NCBI GenBank assembly: GCA_040954595.2
Contig: CM082584.2
Location: forward strand, 2,883,344 to 2,947,343
Source of the DNA: Balanoglossus misakiensis
Lineage: Eukaryota > Animalia > Hemichordata
DNA length: 64,000 nucleotides
Direction of reading: 5' to 3'
The notes under the pieces were generated by a model. The model was not told where the DNA came from. It ran no database searches and was given only the letters and a program-made list of their open reading frames with translations. Shown in pieces: positions 60,111-64,000 of the stretch (its first letter is position 1; every line of letters starts with the position of its first letter). Both the position numbers and the translations under genes were made by a program.

Positions 60111-62460
60111 TTTTTTTAGCTCACGTGAAAATCACGTGAGCTTATAGTTTAGCGATGTCTGTGTGTGTGTGTGTCTGTCTGTATACCCGATATCTCAAGA
60201 ACCGCTGAACCGATTTCAACCAAATTTAGTACACAGGTTCAGATATCATATGGCAAGAACTGAAAAGGTTTTGGTGCGTGTGGCTTGGATAGTAATGAAA
60301 TTATCAAATTTTTAATTTTTCTAATGCACGGTATCGCCACGTATGACCAGTGTAAACGATTCGTCGAAGAGATTGACTGTGAGGGCGCTGTGAAATGAGA
60401 CATTCCTGGCGATATTGCCGTGGTTATGTCCATGCTCAGACGCTGTACCCGTCGTTACGAATAACTTCCCTACGTGAATCCACAAGGAAGCTAACGTTGT
60501 TTAGTTGCCTCATAGAGCGTAAATTGTTAATCTACAGGACCGTCAGACGAAGTCAGGTATGTGTTTTACTCTTTTCAAATGAAGTTTGAAACTACTTACG
60601 AGTAAGTTAATGGAGACAATATGGCGGATAGTTGGCGTGCAGCCGAATCCGCGTTATGACTATGACGTGACCCATTCATCAAGACAAACCATAAATGATT
60701 CACGCATATTGTGGTCCTCACGCAGTCAATCTCAAAATGTCACCAGGCTTTCTATTTGTCTATTGTTCAGAGAAAAATAACATGGCGGTTGATCACACTC
60801 AACAGTAAAATCCGTTTTGTGTGTTTATAGACAGTCTGTTATCGCCAATACTATATAGCGATTGCTATATGGCCTACCCAATATGTGATCGAGCGAGAAT
60901 GATAACATTGAATGTCTGTTCAGATCTCATTCCGTCATACGTCATACGTCAACATTTCGATTTCGATTTAATCCATTCATAAAGAATTTAGAGAAAGTCG
61001 TCTTGAATTGTGACCCCGACTATCAATTTTACGATGATTTTTTGGCGACGGAATACACGAGACACCATTGCATAACTACGTCAGCTGGACTTCCAAGGTT
61101 ACCATTTTGTGTGTATGGAATCTTATCACAGAGACTACGTACTTTGACAATATGCCATGCTATATCAATGACGCCCCAGAAAATTTGTCGAAAAATGAAT
61201 TTGTCTTCTCATGGTGGTGCAATATATTTTAATGTTTATTTTGAGGTTGATTTTGGTTTTTGGCTAACATGTATATCAATGTCAGCATATAGCATAAGTT
61301 GGTGTCCGTCGTCTATGTATGTCTGTATGTGTGCCTCATACAGAATTATGTATTTTGTGAATGGATCAGTTTCGTCTAAATGTATTGATGTATGTATGTG
61401 TATGTCCATCAACATCAACAACTTGAAACTACTGATATTTAGTGTGTACATAGAAATTGTTATTGCGAAAAATGCATACTGGTATTAACTGGAAAAATTT
61501 TCAAATAGTCAAAATTGAAAAAAATTAATAACAGCGGATCAGATTCAGTTAAAAATTGGCGTGCATTGGTGTGCAAATACTTTGGGAAGACCTCGTATGA
61601 TTTTGTTCAGGTGGAGTCAGTATCTGGTGTTTGCTATTTTTTATGAATTTTTTGGGGAATTTTCTGCAGTTTTGTCTAAATGTATTGATGTATGTATGTG
61701 TATGTCCATCAACATCAACAACTTGAAACTACTGATATTTAGTGTGTACATAGAAATTGTTATTGCGAAAAATGCATACTGGTATTAACTGGAAAAATTT
61801 TCAAATAGTCAAAATTGAAAAAAATTAATAACAGCGGATCAGATTCAGTTAAAAATTGGCGTGCATTGGTGTGCAAATACTTTGGGAAGACCTCGTATGA
61901 TTTTGTTCAGGTGGAGTCAGTATCTGGTGTTTGCTATTTTTTATGAATTTTTGGGGGAATTTTCTGCAGTTTTGTTAAAAAAATTTCTTCTCTGAAATTA
62001 CATGTCCAATTGATTGGAATCTTGGTATGAAGGTTCATAGGGCTTACCTGAATCACATTTGTGCAAACGGTGGTGAAATTTGAAACTTGTTAAAGAGGTT
62101 CTTAGGCATGAACAGAAATCAGATTTGTTGAAATCTGGTGAAATATTAATACTTTTTGGTATATTTCTTGCCATTTTTGATCAAAGAGAATTCCATAGAC
62201 TTATCTTTTTATGCAGTTCAGGATGGGGTACATGACTCATATTTGTTGCAGATATTCAAAAAAAGTTGTTATCAAATGGGAGCAATACTTTTGTCATTCG
62301 CAGTATTTTATGATAGGGTGACATTTAATTGGCATGTACTTTCTACTGGTTTTTTAACTTTCACTTTTGCACAGCTACCACTCAAACCATACATTGTTTT
62401 TATTTATTTTACAGATTACATCTACAAGACGAAGTCGTGTGAGACTGCTCAAGACATTGA
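60111..62460 (+). mobile_element. HINE/DINE-1-like element with internal 300-bp tandem duplication (~61367-61975)
   Basis: T-run, hairpin AGCTCACGTG-AAAAT-CACGTGAGCT, (GT/GTCT)n microsatellite, CCGATTTCAACCAAATTT core. Right boundary approximate. Confidence 0.55.
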
Positions 62461-62474
62461 TTTGGTCATTAACA

Positions 62475-64000
62475 GGCTCACATTTGGCTGTTTAAAGGCT
62501 CATACTTGCATATTTGGCCATTGGAAGGCTCACATTTGAACATTTGGCCGTTGGAAGGCTCATATTTGCACATTTGGCCATTAGAAGGCTCATATTTGCA
62601 CATTTGGCCGTTGGAAGGCTCATATTTGAACATTTGGCCGTTAGAAGGCTCATATTTGGGTGTTTGAAGGCTCATACTTGCATATTTGGCCGTTGAAAGG
62701 CTCATATTTGCACATTTGGCCGTTGAAAGGCTCATATTTGCACATTTGGCCGTTGAAAGGCTCATATTTGCACATTTGGCCATTAGAAGGCTCATATTTG
62801 CACATTTGGCCGTTGAAAGGCTCATATTTGCACATTTGGCCGTTAGAAGGCTCATGATTGGCTGTTTGAAGGCTCATACTTGCATATTTGGCCGTTGAAA
62901 GGCTCATATTTGCACATTTGGCCGTTAGAAGGCTCATATTTGAACATTTGGCCGTTAGAAGGCTCATATTTGGCTGTTTGAAGGCTCATACTTGCATATT
63001 TGGCCGTTGAAAGCACATATTTGCCCATTTTGCCGTTAGAAGGCTCATATTTGGCTGTTTGAAGGCTCATACTTGCATATTTGGCCGTTGAAAGGCTCAT
63101 ATTTGCACATTTGGCCGTTGGAAGGCTCATATTTGCACATTTGGCCGTTGGAAGGCTCATATTTGCACATTTGGCCGTTGGAAGGCTCATACTTGCATAT
63201 TTGGCTGTTAGAAGGCTCATATTTGCACATTTGGCCATTAGAAGGCTCATATTTGCACATTTGGCCGTTGGAAGGCTCATATTTGAACATTTGGCCGTTA
63301 GAAGGCTCATATTTGGGTGTTTGAAGGCTTATACTTGCATATTTGGCCGTTGAAAGGCTCATATTTGCACATTTGGCCGTTGGAAGGCTCATATTTGCAC
63401 ATTTGGCCGTTAGAAGGGTTATATTTGGCTGTTTGAAGGCTCATACTTGCATATTTGGCCGTTGAAAGGCTCATATTTGAACATTTGGCCGTTGGAAGGC
63501 TCATATTTGCACATTTGGCCGTTGGAAGGCTCATATTTGAACATTTGGCCGTTGAAAGGCTCATATTTGCACATTTGGCCGTTGGAAGGCTCATATTTGA
63601 ACATTTGGCCGTTAGAAGGCTCATATTTGGCTGTTTGAAGGCTCATACTTGCATATTTGGCCGTTGAAAGGCTCATATTTGCACATTCGGCCGTTGGAAG
63701 GCTCATATTTGCACATTTGGCCGTTGGAAGGCTCATATTTGAACATTTGGCCGTTAGAAGGCTCATATTTTGCTGTTTGAAGGCTCATATTTGCACATTT
63801 GGCCGTTGGAAGGCTCATATTTGCACATTTGGCCGTTGGAAGGCTCATATTTGAACATTTGGCCGTTAGAAGGCTCATATTTGGCTGTTTGAAGGCTCAT
63901 ACTTGCATATTTGGCCGTTGAAAGGCTCATATTTGCACATTTGGCCGTTGGAAGGCTCATATTTGCACATTTTGCCGTTAGAAGGGTCATATTTGGCTGT
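62475..64000. repeat. 30-bp satellite GGCTCATATTTGCACATTTGGCCGTTGGAA with 22-bp variant units
   Basis: About 50 tandem units running to the window edge. Confidence 0.95.

Noticed and set aside
62478-63990. Many repetitive ORFs (MSLSTAKCAN, KYEPSNGQM, HIWPLEGSY)
   Set aside because: Translations of a 30-bp satellite, open in several frames on both strands.
58515-64000. CRISPR-like repeat arrays
   Set aside because: Eukaryotic context, no unique spacers, no cas genes; these are tandem repeats.

Overview
Animal genomic DNA, AT-rich and intron-containing; a marine invertebrate origin is an inference from the TE repertoire. Most of the window is transposons, several young and nearly intact. In order: (1) minus-strand ankyrin-repeat gene exons, one repeat per 99/102-bp exon, tandemly amplified; (2) a Penelope-like (Naiad-type, RT + GIY-YIG) insertion in a (TA)n tract, built of a tandem plus an inverted copy and carrying three hammerhead ribozymes; (3) a Mag-like Ty3/Gypsy element with 168-bp LTRs; (4) an apparently intact DIRS/PAT-type tyrosine-recombinase retrotransposon with split direct repeats, RT-RNaseH-methylase and an ALOG-domain recombinase, whose three ORFs each sit behind an in-frame splice acceptor matching one upstream phase-0 donor; (5) a second Gypsy element containing a full-length RTEX-like LINE with a 2A-like peptide in ORF1 and an AUG-less ORF2 in frame behind a single UAG; (6) LINE fragments and MITEs; (7) a plus-strand C-type-lectin/mucin/TM gene, probably damaged; (8) a tRNA-like tandem array, a HINE-like element and a 30-bp satellite. 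Family assignments rest on motif recognition by eye and were not confirmed by database searches.
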